DNA of 64,000 nucleotides from an uncultured Nitrospinota bacterium (GTDB lineage Bacteria; Tectomicrobia; Entotheonellia; J063; CAVPRW01): NCBI GenBank assembly GCA_963707985.1, contig CAVPRW010000035.1, positions 83,063 to 147,062 of the forward strand, read 5' to 3'. Shown piece by piece: positions 14,820 to 25,875 of this stretch (position 1 is its first letter; each line of letters starts with the position of its first letter). The notes under the pieces were generated by a model. It saw only the letters and a program-made list of their open reading frames with translations, ran no database searches and was not told where the DNA came from. The position numbers and the translations under genes were made by a program.

Positions 14820-15880
14820 TCACCTTTCAGTGGCGGACTCAATCGCCTGCGTGACGGCTTGCGCCTTGGACCAGACCGGGGGGATCGGCCCGAACCCGCC
14901 CGCGGACCGCCGGCGGCCACACTAACAAGTCACCGGCGACGCAGGCCGTGAATTCCTGGTCGGGCCACGACCATGCACGATATCGGCCTTGCCGACCGTG
15001 GCCCAGTCGCGCCGGAAGACCCGGGCGGAGCGGTAGATGTACGCGGACGCAGACTTCTGCCAGCCTGCGGCTACAGATCTCGCAATTGCTTCGGAATGAC
15101 CAGCGCGTAGCTCCCGGACCAGACGGAATACGTCAGCATGTTGTGTCGCATGTCCGCTGCAAAGGTCTCCAGAATGTCCTCCGGCGCGTCGGTCCATTCA
15201 TTCATCACCTGCCGTGGCGCTTCACACGCCAGGACGGTCACCGCCGAGCGGCCGGCTGGCACGCCGCGCTCCTGTGCGAGCGGGATCCACGGGCTATCGT
15301 CTTCATCTTCCGCCAGGCAAAACGTGAATTTGCCCGGATGGCCGAGCGTCGAACGGTCGACCTGTCCCGGAACGTACCCCAGCACGTTGATGAAGACCAA
15401 CCGCACCGCCCGTCCGATCGTGGCATTGGCCCGGTTGCCTTGGCCCAAGGCGTTATGGGTCGCGTTCATGCCGATGGCCGTGCGCACGGGACCATTGACC
15501 ACGATGAACGGCGCACTGCCCCCTGTACTGGCGCTGCTGCCGTGCAGATTAAAGCGCTCGTGGCACATGGCGCGCAGGATGGCCACCACGACCGGCAGAT
15601 ACATGGGCAGGCATCCCGCCATGACGGCGTTGATGGCGACTTTCTCGGCCGTGATGGACCGCTGCTGCACCGGTTCGATCCCCACGAGATCTCCGGGTGA
15701 CAGGTCGGCCGCCCGGAGGCAGGCGAGGACGCTCTCCTCGGTAGGTGCGACAATCGGTAGGCCATCCGTCCACCCACGTTGTTGATAGTATTCATTCACC
15801 TCGAGCGCGTCGGCCATCTCATAGGTGGTCGACCGCAGGGCGGATGCCAGCAGAGCCATCGGCGTCTCCTCGGTGTCCAT
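14820..15880 (-). CDS. UGSC-associated conserved protein 1 (C-terminal frameshifts)
   Basis: GWTDGLPIVAPTE, EKVAINAVMAGC, GNRANATIGRA, STLGHPGKF..AEDE..PW; continues past 15071 in other frames to VAAGG-type C-term. Confidence 0.75.
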
Positions 15881-16301
15881 GACGATGCGTCTTGAACGTC
15901 TCTACACGGCTCTGGGGCTCGATCCGCCGCCGTGTCTGCCACATCCCGGCGCGACTGCCGGACCTGCGCTGATCATACCACCGTTTGGGGTCGAGTGCAG
16001 CCGCCCCGTTCGGGACGCCTGCCCACCGCGGCAGGTCATGCTGGCAGGCGCCCATGCACCCCTGCTCGTGACCGTCACTCAGAGAAGAAGGTCGACGTAC
16101 CGCCCCGACAGGCGTCAAGGATGTCTTCTCGAAGGTGACCCTCGTGAGCATTTCTCCATGATGACCGGGAAGCCTCCAGGTCGTCTATCGTCTCACGCGC
16201 TCCTCACCACAAGTGCCCAAGCGCAAGGCTTCAGAGATGAGTTCTTCGCAGCCCACGGAACACAGGCATGAAAATCGAACTTTCAAGGCAACTGCCTTCC
16301 C

Positions 16302-17513
16302 CTAGCGCCGCAACCACTGCTGTGTCAGCTCCAACACGCGTTCGACGTCCCTGGGCGTGTTGTAGACGTGCAAGGAAAAGCGCAGGACGCCACGGCGGAT
16401 CGACAGGCGGACATCGTGGTCATGGAGGAACGTGTAGAGCTGGTTGAAGCGTTCGTCCTCGGTGCCGTAGTGGCTGCTGCCCAACTCGCCCACCGCGACG
16501 ATGTGGGCCAGATGCGGCCCCGGGGCACCGCCGCAGACGGGCAGACCGAGATCGAGAAATCCTTGCGCTAGCTGGTGCGATAGGCCGAGCACATGGCGCT
16601 CGATGGCCTGGATCTCATAAGCCAGCAACTGGGCCATCGACGCATCCGCGGCGGCGCAGCCGAGGAAGTTGTAGTTGCCGAGGTCGAACCGCCTGGCGGC
16701 CGGCATCAGCGTATAGTCATCGCTGCCCAGCGCCGCTTCGTGCGCATCACCTAAATCGACGCTGAAACGCGCCAGATAGGCCGGCTGCATCCGTTCCGCC
16801 CAGGCCCGGCGGCAATAGAGGAAGCCCATGCCGTAGAGCCCCAACAGGCCCTTCTGGGTCGAGACCGCCAGCCCGTCGATCTGCGAGGTCGCCACGTCGG
16901 TGGAGAGTACACCGCATGATTGCGCGGCATCGACCATGAAGAACACGCCGCGCTCGCGACAGGCACGGCCCAAACGGTCAACTTCCGTTCGAAAGCCGGG
17001 CGCAAAGGTCACCGTCGAGGCGGTCACCACGCGCGTGCGCGCGTCGATCCGACCGACCATCTCATCGATGGGGATATGGTCCCCTCGGGGGGACACCAGG
17101 CGTACCTCAACTCCCCGGCCGCGTAGGTTCAACCAGCAATAGACATTGTTCGGGTGCTCCAGTTCCGGGCACAGCACCACATTGTCGCCCGCTTGCCAGG
17201 GCATGCCGGCCGCTACGATATTGAGGCCCTCGGAGACGTTCTTGGTCAGGGCCACCTCATCCGTATGGGCATTGATGAGCTGGGCGAAGCGACTGCGTGT
17301 GCGCTCGACCAGTGCGAAGTACTCGTCCTTCTGCGCCGAGCCCAGCATGCGGTCGTCGAGGTGGGTATCGAGCGCGGTGCGCACGGCACGGGAAATCACC
17401 CCCCGCGCGGCGACGTCCATGTAGGTGAGCTGCTCGGTGGCTGGAAACTCGCGCCAGGCCTCGGCGACGGGACTGGTGGAAGATTCGGATACGGCTATGC
17501 GGGTGTGTGCCAT
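16302..17513 (-). CDS. Class V PLP-dependent aminotransferase-fold enzyme
   Basis: YMDVAARG, TKNVSEG, EHPNN, VDAAQSCG, STQKGLLG (PLP Lys); no RxGxHC catalytic-Cys loop. Confidence 0.85.
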   Translation of the reverse strand: MAHTRIAVSESSTSPVAEAWREFPATEQLTYMDVAARGVISRAVRTALDTHLDDRMLGSAQKDEYFALVERTRSRFAQLINAHTDEVALTKNVSEGLNIVAAGMPWQAGDNVVLCPELEHPNNVYCWLNLRGRGVEVRLVSPRGDHIPIDEMVGRIDARTRVVTASTVTFAPGFRTEVDRLGRACRERGVFFMVDAAQSCGVLSTDVATSQIDGLAVSTQKGLLGLYGMGFLYCRRAWAERMQPAYLARFSVDLGDAHEAALGSDDYTLMPAARRFDLGNYNFLGCAAADASMAQLLAYEIQAIERHVLGLSHQLAQGFLDLGLPVCGGAPGPHLAHIVAVGELGSSHYGTEDERFNQLYTFLHDHDVRLSIRRGVLRFSLHVYNTPRDVERVLELTQQWLRR

Positions 17514-18039
17514 CGATAGACCTCCTGGACGTGTTCGACGGAAAGGCGTTCCTCGCGCAGGTCGGGCTCGATCGGTCATAGACCAGGGGCTCGACTGCCC
17601 CACGATGACCGTCGGGGCAGTGGTGGTCGTGGGGAGCTGATGATCGTGGTACGTGCCTGTCGTCAGCTGCGCCAGCACGAGGTCGGTGAACGTGCCGCCG
17701 GAATCAATGCCGATCCAGATGTTTTGTATAAGGTTGTTTTCAAATACCCCGACAGAGGGATGGACTGCTGCTCCGTGTCAGCTCTACCTCCCGCCCTCGC
17801 TCGGTGCTCACCGTGTGGCCGGGGGGACAAGGGGTCTTACCGTTGGGCGAGCATACCATAAGGGTAAAACGGTGTGCAATGACGAGGCGCTTCCACGGAC
17901 AGGCTCCTCACGCACGGCCCTGCCGCCCTATCGGCTTCGCCCAAAGCTATGGTATGATACGGACGGCACCAGGACGGCGTGGCTCACGACGCCAGACCTG
18001 TGGCCCGGATGAGGTCTACGAGCCGGAGAGGAGGAGGAC

Positions 18040-19077
18040 ATGGCCGATATGCAATTCGGGTTGATGCTCAGGGCCCAGTTCCCGCCCGGGGACGACATGC
18101 AAGCGCACTTTCGCGAGTTGGTCGAGCAGGCAAGGCTGGCGAATAGGCTAGGCTATGCCAGCCTCACCACTGGTATGCATTACAGCAGCACCCCCTGGCA
18201 GGGTTTTCAGCAGTTTCCCTTCCTGTCCCGCCTGATGGCAGAGGCGCCCGATCTGCGCGTCAACTTTGGCCTTGTGCTCCTGTCGCTCCACAAGCCACTG
18301 GATATCGCCGAACAGCTGGCCACGATTGATGTGATGAGTGGTGGCAAGGTGATCTTTGGCGCCGCCCTGGGCTATCGCGAGGTGGAGTATCTCGCGTTCG
18401 GCACCACCCAGAAAGCGCGTGTCAAACGCTTCGAGGAAAATCTCGAAGCCATCAAACGCCTGTGGACCGAGGACGTCGTGGACATGGTAGGCTCTCATTT
18501 CATCCTGAAAGGCGCTTCAGTTCCGACCAGGCCGGTGCAACAGCCACATCCCCCTATCTGGATTGGCGCCAATGCTGATCCAGCCATCCAGCGCGCCGCT
18601 CGCCTTGGCGATTGCTGGTACGTGAACCCGCATAATCGCCTCGACACCATCGTGCGGCAGGTGGAGGTGTATACGCGAGCGCTCGAGAGCTACGGCAAGC
18701 CGTTCCCGAAGGAATTTCCGGCGCGTCGCGAGGTCTTCGTCGCCCGGTCGCGAGACGAGGCTATACGGCTCTGTGCGCCGTTCCTTGGGGCCAAATACCA
18801 GGCCTACGAACAGTGGGGGCAGAGTAAGGTGATGCCCGCGGGGGATAACAACCTCGGGGTTGATTTTGACGAATTGATCAAGGATCGCTTTCTGCTAGGG
18901 TCGCCGGACGAGGTGGCCGAGCAGATGCTGGCGCTGCACCGGACTACGGGCATCAATCACCTAATCATGAGTGTGCAATGGCCCGGTATGGCGCAAAGTC
19001 TGGTGCTCGACGAGCTGCATATGCTGAGCCGAGGAGGTCTTCCCGAAGGTGCGACAGGGCTGAGACGCCATGCCTGA
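18040..19077 (+). CDS. LLM-class flavin-dependent oxidoreductase (probable frameshift near the end)
   Basis: AEQLATIDVMSGGK, PVQQPHPPIWIGA, RAARLGD, LGSPDEV; RBS GAGGAGG. Confidence 0.9.
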   Translation: MADMQFGLMLRAQFPPGDDMQAHFRELVEQARLANRLGYASLTTGMHYSSTPWQGFQQFPFLSRLMAEAPDLRVNFGLVLLSLHKPLDIAEQLATIDVMSGGKVIFGAALGYREVEYLAFGTTQKARVKRFEENLEAIKRLWTEDVVDMVGSHFILKGASVPTRPVQQPHPPIWIGANADPAIQRAARLGDCWYVNPHNRLDTIVRQVEVYTRALESYGKPFPKEFPARREVFVARSRDEAIRLCAPFLGAKYQAYEQWGQSKVMPAGDNNLGVDFDELIKDRFLLGSPDEVAEQMLALHRTTGINHLIMSVQWPGMAQSLVLDELHMLSRGGLPEGATGLRRHA

Positions 19078-19302
19078 CGCCGAGTCACGGATACCCGATC
19101 GGGCAGGCACCCGCGAGGCCATCTCAATTCACGTCTCGTTGCCTTGTCTGGCGGGAGGATCGTGTGGGCACGCCATCCCAGTCCTTTGGGGTCATTGAAC
19201 GCCGGATGCCAACGGTCGATGCTCTCGAAAAAGTCATCGGAACGGCGATGAGACGCCGGCAGGAGTCTGGCCTTCCTCCCACGCCGTCCTGGTATGGGCC
19301 GT

Positions 19303-20295
19303 CTACCACGGCCGGAACGGCCGCAGGTGCGTGGTCGGGGTATGCCACGTGTGCGCCAGGGCTTGCAAGATGCCGTCCAACTCCTCCATCTCGGCGGCCG
19401 AGAGGTGCCAGTCCGCCGCCCTGGCGTTGGCGGTGATTTGCTCCGGGGTGGTGGCGCCGGCGATGACACTGCTCACCTGGGGATGGGCCAGTAACCAGGC
19501 GAAGGCCAGTTCCACCAGCGGGCGGGAACGCACGGCAGCAAAGGCCTCCAGCTTGTCCAAGACGTCGAAATTCTCCGCCGTGAGGATGGTCGAGGCGCGT
19601 TGCGTCTGGACGGCGAACCGTGTGCCGATCCCCGGCTGCTGGCCCCGCCGGTATTTGCCCGTGAGAAAGCCGCTGGCCAGCGGGAAATAGGGAAGAATCC
19701 CCACATGATAGCGCGTGCAACACGGCAGAAGCTCTTTCTCAACGGCGCGTTTAAGCATACTGTACTCGGGCTCCACACTGACCAGCGGTTCGAGCCCCAG
19801 GGCCCTGGCTGTGCCCATAGCTTCAGCCACTTGCCAGGCGGCAAAATTGGAACAGCCGACGTAGCGGACCTTCCCTTGTTGCACCAGATGGTCCATGGTG
19901 CGAAGGGTTTCTTCCAAGGGGGTAAAGGGGTCGTAGTAGTGGATCTGGTACAGGTCGAGGTAATCCGTCTGGAGTTGCTGCAGACTGCGGTCGATGTGCT
20001 CCAGGATGTGTTTACGTGAGCCCCCGTGCATGTTGGGACCCTCGCCCATGTTGGACCCCACTTTGGTGGCCAGCAGGACCTGGCCACGGTGGCCGTGCAA
20101 CGCCTTACCGATGAAGGCTTCTGCCTGACCCTCCCCATAGGTGTTGGAGGTCTCGATGAAGTTAATGCCCACCTCAACCGCCTGGCGTAAGACACGTTCG
20201 GCGGCGGCATAATCCAGACGTGGGCCGAAATTATTCGTGCCCAACCCAATGACGGAAACCTGGAGGCCCGAGTGTCCCAACCGACGATATTCCAT
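19303..20295 (-). CDS. Aldo/keto reductase
   Basis: MEYRRLGHSGLQVSVIGLGTNNFG, LATK, DYLDLYQIH, GKVRYVGCSN, PYFPLASGFLTGKY. Confidence 0.92.
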   Translation of the reverse strand: MEYRRLGHSGLQVSVIGLGTNNFGPRLDYAAAERVLRQAVEVGINFIETSNTYGEGQAEAFIGKALHGHRGQVLLATKVGSNMGEGPNMHGGSRKHILEHIDRSLQQLQTDYLDLYQIHYYDPFTPLEETLRTMDHLVQQGKVRYVGCSNFAAWQVAEAMGTARALGLEPLVSVEPEYSMLKRAVEKELLPCCTRYHVGILPYFPLASGFLTGKYRRGQQPGIGTRFAVQTQRASTILTAENFDVLDKLEAFAAVRSRPLVELAFAWLLAHPQVSSVIAGATTPEQITANARAADWHLSAAEMEELDGILQALAHTWHTPTTHLRPFRPW

Positions 20296-20347
20296 CCCTG
20301 ACTCCTCGTGGATGCACGTGTACGCAGGAAGCAGATACCGCCAGAGC

Positions 20348-21463
20348 CTAGTCACCACCCTCGTCCACGGGTGCTGCAACAATGGCCGCCCGCAGCCGCG
20401 GCACGATCTCCTGGCTCACGCGTATGCACTCCTCTACGTGAGGGAAACCCGACAGGATGAACTCATCGATGCCCAGACGCCAATAGGTGAGGAGTTCGTC
20501 GGTCACCTGTTGCGGCGTGCCGACAATGGCGGTCCCGCAGTTGACCCGGACCGTGGACAGGCCATTCCAGAGATGGGCACCTATACGATGCTGGGCCACA
20601 CGCATCGCCTGGGCCTGCTGTCCCACCATCGGCGTACCGACCATGACGGCCTGGCGCTGCTGCACGACGTGCGGATCCGCATGGGCAATCAGGCTCTCGG
20701 CCGCGGACCAGGCGGCATCCGAGTTGTCGCCTATCACCAGGTGTGTACGCAACCCAAACCTGACCGTGCGACCACACGCCTGGGCCTGCGCCGTGACCCG
20801 CTCAATCCGCGCGGCGATCTGTTCTAGTGGCTCAATCCACATCAAGTACACATCGGCGTGCCGCGCTGCCAGAGACTCGGCACGTGGCGAGGCACCCCCC
20901 TGATAGAAACGCGGTGTGCCAACAGGTGGCGGGGAGCAGCGGGCGCCGTGCAGGGTGATGTAGGTCCCATTGAAATCGGTCAGCTTTCCCGTCCACAGCG
21001 CTCGACAAGCCTGCATGAACTCTTCAGCCTGTGCATAACGCCCCGCGTGGTCGATTGCGACCCCCAGACGTTCGAAGTCTCCCGGAATCCCCCCAGGCAC
21101 GATGTTGATATCCACCCGGCCATGGCTGATCTGATCCAGCGTCGCGATCATCTTCGCCATCAGTCCGGCGGCGATGAACCCCGGCCGGATGGCAATGAGG
21201 AAGCGAATCCGGCTCGTGACCGCGGCCAGGGCCGTGGCCATGGTCCAGGTCTCCGCCAACGGCGCGCCTTCATCAAAGAGTCCATTGACAAAGCGGGTGG
21301 GGATCAGCAGGGAAGAGAATCCTAACCTCTCCGCCGTCTGCACGATCTCGCGTAAGTAGTCAAAGGTTGGGGGTCGTTCCGCCTGTATGGTCCCTAAGTG
21401 AACCCCGTCCCCATCAATGGGAATAAACCAATCGAACCTCGGTTCTGGACGTGCGGCACTCAT
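20348..21463 (-). CDS. LLM-class monooxygenase, alkanesulfonate-monooxygenase-like
   Basis: WFIPIDGDG, AERLGFSSLLIPT, RFLIAIRPG, TLDQISHGR, GGAS, FILSGFPH. Confidence 0.85.
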   Translation of the reverse strand: MSAARPEPRFDWFIPIDGDGVHLGTIQAERPPTFDYLREIVQTAERLGFSSLLIPTRFVNGLFDEGAPLAETWTMATALAAVTSRIRFLIAIRPGFIAAGLMAKMIATLDQISHGRVDINIVPGGIPGDFERLGVAIDHAGRYAQAEEFMQACRALWTGKLTDFNGTYITLHGARCSPPPVGTPRFYQGGASPRAESLAARHADVYLMWIEPLEQIAARIERVTAQAQACGRTVRFGLRTHLVIGDNSDAAWSAAESLIAHADPHVVQQRQAVMVGTPMVGQQAQAMRVAQHRIGAHLWNGLSTVRVNCGTAIVGTPQQVTDELLTYWRLGIDEFILSGFPHVEECIRVSQEIVPRLRAAIVAAPVDEGGD

Positions 21464-21932
21464 AAGGTTGGCTCCTCGTGCCGACGATCACCCGTGTCAG
21501 GCACCGGTATGTCACGTTCTGATATCACCATATATAGGACGGGCGTAAGACACCTATCGTATCACATACAGTCGGATACTGTTGGCGAACCGATTTCAAT
21601 GCTTTAAGGCTGACCTTTCGGCGCGGGATTTTCTAGGCTCTTGATCTTCAAAGATGCGGTATACGAGGTACAATTTCCGGCTCTTCGGGGTTCGCCTACA
21701 GTATCCAGTCGTTCGTGAGACTGTATGGCAGCAGAGCCCGCCCATCACTCTTCCAGGTCACTCGCAGTGCCTCAGCGCCTCGAGTCCTCCACATCATCCC
21801 TGCTCTACTCGGAATGCTCCAGCGTCCCCACGCACGATGGTATAGCGATCCCCCTGGTTCGGATGGAACCTGTGACGTTGGACGTGATGGACGCGGGCGC
21901 CTTGGATCATTCCCCACCCACAGGCTGATCGT

Positions 21933-23414
21933 TCAGGTACGGATCTGCAGGGCACAAAATTCATGGTCGGGTGCCTGGGCTTCCGGCGCCATCTTTGGCT
22001 CACTCCAGAGGGTCTGGGACCTCCAGATCCCGGGGTCCAGGATGTTGTGAAAATTCTCGGGGCTTTCACAGTCGGCCCACATGTAATAGGGTTTGGTCCA
22101 ACCGTGAGCGGTTGAGACCTCCAACACCAACATCGCCTTCGAGAGCTGTTTGATGGTGCGGTTCCTGAAAAAACGCTTCACGCTGGCATGAAAACAGTGA
22201 TGCAGGCTAAAACTGAACACCACCACCGTGGGTATCTCCGAATCGAGGTAGTCGGTCGGGCGTGCGTCGACCCGCTCGATGGAGCCTTTCCGCAGCGTCC
22301 AATGGGTGGGGAATGGCGTACGCCCGATTTTTCTCGTGCAGTTCGCCCGAAAGTTGCGCCGCATGTAAGCACTGGGTTCGAGGCCTTCATACGTGATCTC
22401 GTCCACAGGCAGGCCGAGCCTGGTGCAGGCCATGACCAGGTCAACGGCGAGTGCCCCGGAGCCGGCGCCGATGTCGAGGATTTTCAGGGGGGTGCCGGTC
22501 TGTTTCACCTGGAGGACGTCTTCCGCCAACCGCACCTTGGCCAGGGCGAACTGGGGCAGCATGCGCTCCAGCAGCCGGTCATAATGCGTGGTGAAGAGGT
22601 TCGCTTCGCCGGTGGTGGGCGAGATGGCGCTGTAGTATTGAGTATTCAAGGCATCCCAGGTCTCGCGGTCAATATGGTCCCCCCACCCGGTTGTGATGTC
22701 ATAACAGAGGTTGTGTTCGGCCCGCGAGGCGGTGGTGATCTTTCGACCGGACAGGGCCAAGTACCGGATGCAGTGGTCGTAGAGGTCGGTGACGTGGTAC
22801 GCCCCGGATGCCGTGTCGTACGTCACAATGTCTTCATCGGGGACGAACAGTTTGTCGAAGGCCGTTTGTAACAGGAACAGCATGGCATAAAAACGGGCGT
22901 CCTCGGGTGCGAGTGCCGCGCCGTCCGCGGCCGAGCGTCCCCGAATCGAGGCGGAGAGGCCGTCGAGCACCTGGTCCCTGGCCGTCTCCTCGATCCGGCC
23001 TGGCAGTCCCTCCTTGATGCTGTTATCGACGAACAGGATTTGCGCCAGGAGCATGGCAACGCTGTTCATCTGCGCGTAGGCCGCACACGTGTGCTGACGG
23101 TGCCGGCGCATGACGGCGTATTGCGCCTGGGTTTTCATGGTGGTCAAGAGGGTATGCATAGTTGCGAAGTCAGGCGGCGTTAAGTGGCCCATGAGTGCCT
23201 TGTCCCTAAATGGCCGCAAGGCGTCGTCGGAGGGCCGTGCCACCAGCGTCTTGACATAATGCTGGTAGACGGCGCGCTCCTGTGCTCTCGGGCTGGTGGT
23301 GTCCCGAGGCAGGATGTCTTCCAGCGCCAGGCTGACCGTGGGAAAGCCATGGTCGGCGGTGAAAAAGGAGTCCATCAGGACATGCCCTCCTGAGGTGGGC
23401 GGATACGCCGCCAT
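21933..23414 (-). CDS. Protein with C-terminal class I SAM-dependent methyltransferase domain
   Basis: LKILDIGAGSG, GLEPS, FSFSLHH; unrecognised ~300-aa N-terminal region. Confidence 0.6.
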   Translation of the reverse strand: MAAYPPTSGGHVLMDSFFTADHGFPTVSLALEDILPRDTTSPRAQERAVYQHYVKTLVARPSDDALRPFRDKALMGHLTPPDFATMHTLLTTMKTQAQYAVMRRHRQHTCAAYAQMNSVAMLLAQILFVDNSIKEGLPGRIEETARDQVLDGLSASIRGRSAADGAALAPEDARFYAMLFLLQTAFDKLFVPDEDIVTYDTASGAYHVTDLYDHCIRYLALSGRKITTASRAEHNLCYDITTGWGDHIDRETWDALNTQYYSAISPTTGEANLFTTHYDRLLERMLPQFALAKVRLAEDVLQVKQTGTPLKILDIGAGSGALAVDLVMACTRLGLPVDEITYEGLEPSAYMRRNFRANCTRKIGRTPFPTHWTLRKGSIERVDARPTDYLDSEIPTVVVFSFSLHHCFHASVKRFFRNRTIKQLSKAMLVLEVSTAHGWTKPYYMWADCESPENFHNILDPGIWRSQTLWSEPKMAPEAQAPDHEFCALQIRT

Positions 23415-23466
23415 GAGAAGAGGAGACCCTCCAGCAGGGGCGCGGTGATCAGAGGCGTCATCACGA

Positions 23467-23882
23467 CTAGCGTGACAATCTCTTCAAATATGCCAAGAGC
23501 TTGTCTGGAAAGTTCACGGTCATGCCATCAGCGCCGGCCTCAACGACCTGGCGCATCAGCGCTTCGTCGGTCACGCCCCACGCCCGCACCACGAATCCCT
23601 CTGCGTGCAGGCGGCGCACCAAGGCTGGGGTCACGGTGTTCGCCCATCGAGCGCCCACAGCTCCTCCAGAGTATGGCTCCCCACCGGTCCGGTGCCATTC
23701 GTCGTCCGGTCGACCGTATCATCGTGCATCACGATAACATGGCTGTCTCGAGTGAGGTCGACATCCAGCTCAAGATGGCGACACCCCAGGTCGAGTGCCA
23801 AATCAAAGGCTGCCAACGTATTCTCCGGGGCATAGGATGAGGCACCCCGATGGGCAATGACCATGAAGTCTGCAGTCGTCAT
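23467..23882 (-). pseudogene. Glycerophosphodiester phosphodiesterase, internally deleted
   Basis: IAHRGASSYAPENTLAAF..ELDVDLTRD..HDDTVDRTT joined at ~23650 directly to C-term VRAWGV..GADGMTVNFPD. Confidence 0.75.
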
Positions 23883-23929
23883 TGGGCACACTCCCATGCC
23901 AGTGTCAGGTCAACATCGAGCCCTTGAGG

Positions 23930-24281
23930 GGATCGCTGCACTGTGTGATGCGAAAGCTGCCGTTGGACATACCTCCCAGATGAGGTTCATCGTGGCCTGC
24001 AGCTCGCCGAAGACCGCCGTGGTGCCAATGAACGGGATGATGAGGCCAACGACGGTGGCCAAGGTGCCCCCCTCGGGAATTGAGGTGGTGAGCATGTAGG
24101 TGACGAGTTCCCGGCCGCTAGGGACTATAAAGCTTTCGAGCTGGGCTTCGAGTTAGCTAGCCACCTGTGGCCGTCCGAGCACCAGCTCCACCACGCCGAC
24201 GATGAGCAGGACCAGCGGCGCCAGGGAGAGCGCCGTAGAGGATCGTAGCGCTCCTGCGATAGCGATGTCGTCCACGGCCAT
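23930..24281 (-). pseudogene. YihY/BrkB family membrane protein fragment
   Basis: LSLAPLVLL..GTTAVFGELQATMNLIWEV with internal stop, truncated. Confidence 0.55.
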
Positions 24282-24351
24282 GCCTCAGGCGTCAGGACGG
24301 CGAGCTGACGGTCGGCACACGGCCCCGCGTAAGCTTTCCTGCCAGGCATGC

Positions 24352-24771
24352 CTACTTGGGCACCGCCGTGGTCAGGGGTTGGCCTTTGTCGGCCAGATAG
24401 AAGGCCAGTATCTTCACCGCCGCCGTGGCGCTAGCGTTCTGGCCTTCGTGCACCTGCTGGGGCGGCTGCTGGAACGCGTCCCCCGGCTTGAAGGTGATCG
24501 CCGGCTTCCCCTCCATTGTCATGGACAGTGAACCTTCGAGGACATAGGCAATTTCTTGCCCCGCATGCCAATGCTTGCCTGTGGTCGCTCCAGGAGCAAT
24601 CTCCGCGAAGACGACGACTGCCTCTTTCCCCTCCACCCCCGCCACGTCCGTGCGCAGGAGGATGGTGCGGGTGACCGGTTCCTGCTGGGCACTCAGACGC
24701 TGATGCCCCAACCCACCCATGATGAGTCCCAGAGCGAAGACCACGGCCATGGTGACACCTGTTCGCTTCAT
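24352..24771 (-). CDS. Secreted cupin-domain protein
   Basis: Signal-peptide-like N-term; APGATTGKHWHAGQEIAYVLEG, KPGD..PPQQVHEG. Confidence 0.85.
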   Translation of the reverse strand: MKRTGVTMAVVFALGLIMGGLGHQRLSAQQEPVTRTILLRTDVAGVEGKEAVVVFAEIAPGATTGKHWHAGQEIAYVLEGSLSMTMEGKPAITFKPGDAFQQPPQQVHEGQNASATAAVKILAFYLADKGQPLTTAVPK

Positions 24772-25029
24772 CGCGTCCTCCTGTCAGCGGCGGTCGATCC
24801 CGCTGCACGGTTCCTCTCTGCCTCGTGGACTATTGCCTCGACCCTATTCCTTCCTTCTACCTAACCCATGCACAGGAACGCTTGATCATACGCCAGCAGC
24901 CGGCGAAACACCACCCATGTGGCTGGATAGCGGAATAGAAATTTACGCGAGAATTTTATCTCTTTGATTTTGTTGTCGACGAAACTGATTGATCACACTA
25001 CCCTGGCGTAAAAATCTGGTCGTCTGCCA

Positions 25030-25300
25030 CCCAGGCCCATGTCACCGCTGTGGGAGTCTCGCGTTGCAGCGCAACGGCCATACCGCGGCCGGGCACCAAA
25101 AGTACCACTGTGTCACTCTCATCTCTTATGGCACGCTGGAGACCAAGGACGCCGCGCGAGGAGCCCAGCGTCAGCTCGTTGAGCGATTGCAGTGCGAGCG
25201 CTTGTCGCAACGGGCCATGGCGCATATGACTGGCCTGGGTCACCCCCCTATCGTGAAAATGCTCGATCAACGGTCGCGCACCTCATCGCCGCCCGGTTGA
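25030..25300 (+). mobile_element. IS1-family transposase N-terminal remnant
   Basis: CHRCGS..RNGHTAAGHQKYHC zinc ribbon followed by HTH-like LSQRAMAHMTG. Confidence 0.55.
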
Positions 25301-25504
25301 CGCCCTTGGTTGCTGGATTGTGGATCGCCAATCCGAAAGCGCTGCCCGCATTGAGGTGCGCGATATGGCGAGCCAGCCCCCAGTGGGAGTCGTCGTTTTT
25401 GATTATTCACCCCGGTGCGTAGGAGTGTGGGGTTGCGACTCGCGGTGTGACACGGTTGCCCTTGTGCAAGGCCCTGGAGTCCCCGCTTTGCACTACAATT
25501 CCTG

Positions 25505-25605
25505 AGAGTGTTCAATTGCAGAGAGATATTAACCCTATTCATCTCTCTATCTCATTGATTTCTCAAGATAGTTGTTCTACCTATCTCTCTAGTTTTTAAC
25601 ACTCT
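25505..25605. mobile_element. MITE-like ~100-bp AT-rich element
   Basis: Terminal inverted repeats AGAGTGTTCAATTGCAGAGAGATA / AGAGTGTTAAAAACTAGAGAGATA (19/24 match). Confidence 0.5.
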
Positions 25606-25609
25606 TTTC

Positions 25610-25875
25610 GAGTCGTTCGTGCGCCTCGATGACTGGAAAGCGGGCCGCCAAGAGGGCAGCGGATTGGGTCGGTACCTAAGCCGCAAACTTGCTGATTTGC
25701 TCGGCGGCGAGATTACCCTGAAAAGCGAAGACGGTAGCGGGAGCACATTCACGCTCGCGATCCGTGAGTCGGCAACCTCCAGCCCCCCGGTGAGGCGTCG
25801 ATGATGGCGACGATCTTCAGCGTCGACGACCAACCCACCAATCGCAACGTGTTGAGCACGATTCTGGGCTTGAGC
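25610..25875 (+). pseudogene. Histidine kinase C-terminal remnant plus response-regulator start
   Basis: EGSGLGRYLSRKLADLLGGEITLKSEDGSGSTFTL (G2 box), then MATIFSVDDQPTNRNVL. Confidence 0.65.

Noticed and set aside
16302..17513. Cysteine desulfurase / selenocysteine lyase call
   Set aside because: The catalytic Cys loop (RxGxHC or SxGSAC) is absent; only the class V fold is supported
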